Source: Raja brachyura
Lineage: Eukaryota
NCBI GenBank assembly: GCA_963514005.1
Contig: OY740821.1
Span: 13,020,001 to 13,084,000 of the forward strand
DNA length: 64,000 nt
Direction: 5' to 3'
Positions 61,146-64,000 of the stretch are shown here, in pieces. Within the stretch, counting starts at the first letter, position 1. Each line of letters starts with the position of its first letter. The notes beneath the pieces were generated by a model. That model searched no databases and was not told the DNA's origin. It saw nothing but the letters and a program-made list of their open reading frames with translations. A program made the translations under genes and the position numbers.

Positions 61146-64000
61146 ATGTTTCTAGAAGATCCCCCACAAGTTGTGGCACAGGTAAAACAAACAACTAGAG
61201 ATTTGCATTATAAAGTGGAGATGTGCAGTTAGAAGGAATGGGCATTAAGAGAACAGTATTTAGCGGGCAGTATGAGCAGCTGGCATGAACGGAGTTATTT
61301 TAAGCAAGGTAATGATTAGCGAGGTAGGTAAAGTGTTTTTTTTCTTGCAAACTGTACCAAACAGATCTAACTAAATAGCTGTTTAAACTTTCTGAAATGT
61401 ACAAGTTTTCATTAACATTTTTACAATTTTCAAAAATCTGACTTTAATGATTGACCTTCTCTTTGTTACATGATTTGGATTAGGAGGCATGAATTTGATT
61501 CCATTTATTTCAATATTATCCAATCAGTGGAAATGAATCTGTTGAGCGAGGTTTGATTCGCATATCAGTCTAAACTTTCACGATAAACTGCAATTAAAAA
61601 AAGCAAGGCTTGGTAATTGTTATGAGATTTTCTATTTACAAAATATTACTTCATGGAATCTCATTCATTGTTGCTTTTGTGAATTGAAGGGAGTACTTTA
61701 AAGAAAGCTCATCGCGATACACAATGTTATCAGGGCTTGTTACTGAATAAGTCCAAGTGTATCAATCACATGCTTTTCTAGAATTTCAGGATCAAATTCC
61801 AAGATTCTGTCCATTTTTCCAAGTAAGAAATAGGAGTGGACTTGATTATTGTATATTGATTTACATTTGTATTAAATGTTTCTAAATTGGGTCATGTTCG
61901 GGTTTGGCTGATTTATCTTTTACTCTCAACCCCATTCTCCTGCCTTCTTCCCTTTGACACCCTTATTAATCAAGAACCTAACAATCTTGATTAGTATAAC
62001 TGATGGAATATATTTCCAGGGGCTTTGCGGTGGTATGTTTTTGCAGTATAATAGCACGATAGGATGGGGATCTCGTGTATTAAGCAGTGGGATTTGATAC
62101 TGAGACTCTATCCCACTGGAAAGGGATCTGATAGCATTGGAGGGGGAGGGGGGATTTGGAAGTAATGAAGTAAAGGTCCCAGGATTGAGTCACTTTAGGC
62201 AGGAGAGGATTGTAAAGTCTGAAAGGTAAGGGAATAGTGATAGGGTCTGTACTAGTAATGGGAGAGATATCTTTACTGCTGGCCTCATATACCTCTGGCA
62301 CATGCAAGTTCCTCAACTATCATGAGCAAAACACAAAGAGCTGGGTGAACTCAGCTTGTCACACAGCATCTGGGGAGGGAATGGACAGGCAAAATTTTGG
62401 GTTGAGACCCTTCTTTGGACCTCCATTATCATGTAACGTCGGTGTCAGGCTGACTTAGCTGGTATCACTCTGACCCACAAACCAAGAGATTATGGGCTCA
62501 GGATCAGCTGGAGTTTGACTTCAGTGCAATACTGGTTGTGAGAAATTGTGCTCAAAACAATCCTTAGCTCTCTACCTTACTCTGTAACAAGAATGCATAA
62601 TGATTTATAACAGGCTACTGGAGCACTCTGCTCAGGGTCATTGTCAAGGCTTGCAAATAAAGAATGACTATTTGAGAGAAGACCAAATCTGTTGGAACCA
62701 AATCCTCACATAGGAGGAAAAACTCATGGGAGGTATTTGAGGAACATCAAAGCAAATATGTTGCCTCATTTCCTAAGGCTTTGCTGGCCAAAGTAGGTTT
62801 CCTGTGCATTTTGCATCATGAACCAGCCCTCTCCCATTGACAGCCTTGTTCAGCCCTGTTTTAGCACAATACAGAACAGCCTGTTCTGAACGTCATACAC
62901 CAGAACAAAAGAGGTGATATCTCTTTAATACTTTGTTGTATTTTCTACATCCCTCGCACTGTGCAGACAGATTTGCCTGTTATGCCTGAAACATCTTTAT
63001 GTCCATGAACTCTATTAAAACTATACAATTTGCAGATATTTTCAAATGTTAGATATAGAAATATCAGTCATTCTGTTGGTATGTAGAAATGAAACAGATT
63101 AATTTATAGCTATCCTTTTTCTATTTCTAATCACAACCTGACATATTCGGATATGATGGCAGAAAATTCAGCTTTCTTTATGGAATTTTTCCAATTTCAC
63201 AAGAGCTGTTTATCACCAGAGGTTACGCAGAGACAGAAGACAACAAAATAAGAAATACGAAAAGCCTCCAACCATTTAAAAAGTAGCACTGGGAGAAATC
63301 TTCCAGGTAAGTTGATCATAGAGAAAGGACCAGGAAAGGGGTAAAATGATGAAATAGGAAAGTAACAGCATCCCCTCCAATTTCCTTCCTTTATTTAATC
63401 GGAGGCGTTAATTCATTTTAAACGAAGATGGAGAAAGCAATTCCAACCATATTCATTAAACATTAACATACTGTTAATACATGCATAACTTCCACTGAGA
63501 CAGAGAATATCAGTGTCTAATCAGCAATATTGTTACTCTTAACCTGATTCAAACAATTAGGGTTTCAATACAATCATTAATAGTGAGCTATTCAGACTAC
63601 GGAGATGATTCTGATATTCAATTAGGTCATGGTTTGTAGCTCAGTTCTATTTACCTACCTTTAATTCATGTTCCTGGATATTCTTATCAAACAACAACAA
63701 CAAAAATCAAATCTCAGGTGCTGGAAATGTCAAAGATCCCTCGGCACCACCCCCCACGCAGTCGTTTGTGGGTCTTTTCACTGACCTTTGTGCGAAGAAT
63801 TATTTTCCAATTCACCCCTGAACGCTCCAGTTCTAAATCCTCCACCAGAGGAAATATAGTGTCTAGGCATGTACCCTCACTAATCCCTTTACCGAGAACA
63901 CATCGATTTGATCACTTCTCCAACACAAGGGTTAAAGGGGAAGCTTAATCTGTGTTGTGATGATGTTCCTGCTGTGCAAAACATTCTTATTCTTAACAGT

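Noticed and set aside
61200-64000. 3' end of an upstream gene (ERBB3 in human synteny) or a + strand exon with donor near 63307
   Set aside because: No coding homology seen; cannot be supported from sequence alone.

Overview
Vertebrate genomic DNA whose repeat content (V-SINE/HE1-like and DeuSINE-like SINEs, CR1, Rex1/Babar, L2 and Penelope-like remnants) points to a cartilaginous fish, probably a skate or ray (inference). The main feature is a complete 13-exon PA2G4/EBP1 gene on the minus strand (ATG at 57894, TGA at 35961, 1185 nt CDS = 394 aa). It has a CpG-rich promoter, a GC-AG intron 11 and a tandem donor at exon 12. About 18 kb downstream on the same strand is a probable first coding exon of a tensin (likely TNS2; 17459-17557), whose later exons I could not find in the window. 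The rest is intron/intergenic DNA dense in TE remnants. Most interesting signals: (1) a dispersed Penelope-derived family with minimal hammerhead-ribozyme-like cores, including an intact core in sense orientation in PA2G4 intron 8, palindromic copies and a 66-bp tandem array; (2) Helitron-like elements, one carrying a THAP-domain first exon and one head-to-tail pair in intron 7; (3) a duplicated ~105-120 nt box C/D-like intronic element on both sides of exon 4; (4) an E-box-rich minisatellite in intron 1; (5) a 1.5-kb almost pure purine tract. All homology calls rest on recalled family motifs, not database searches.
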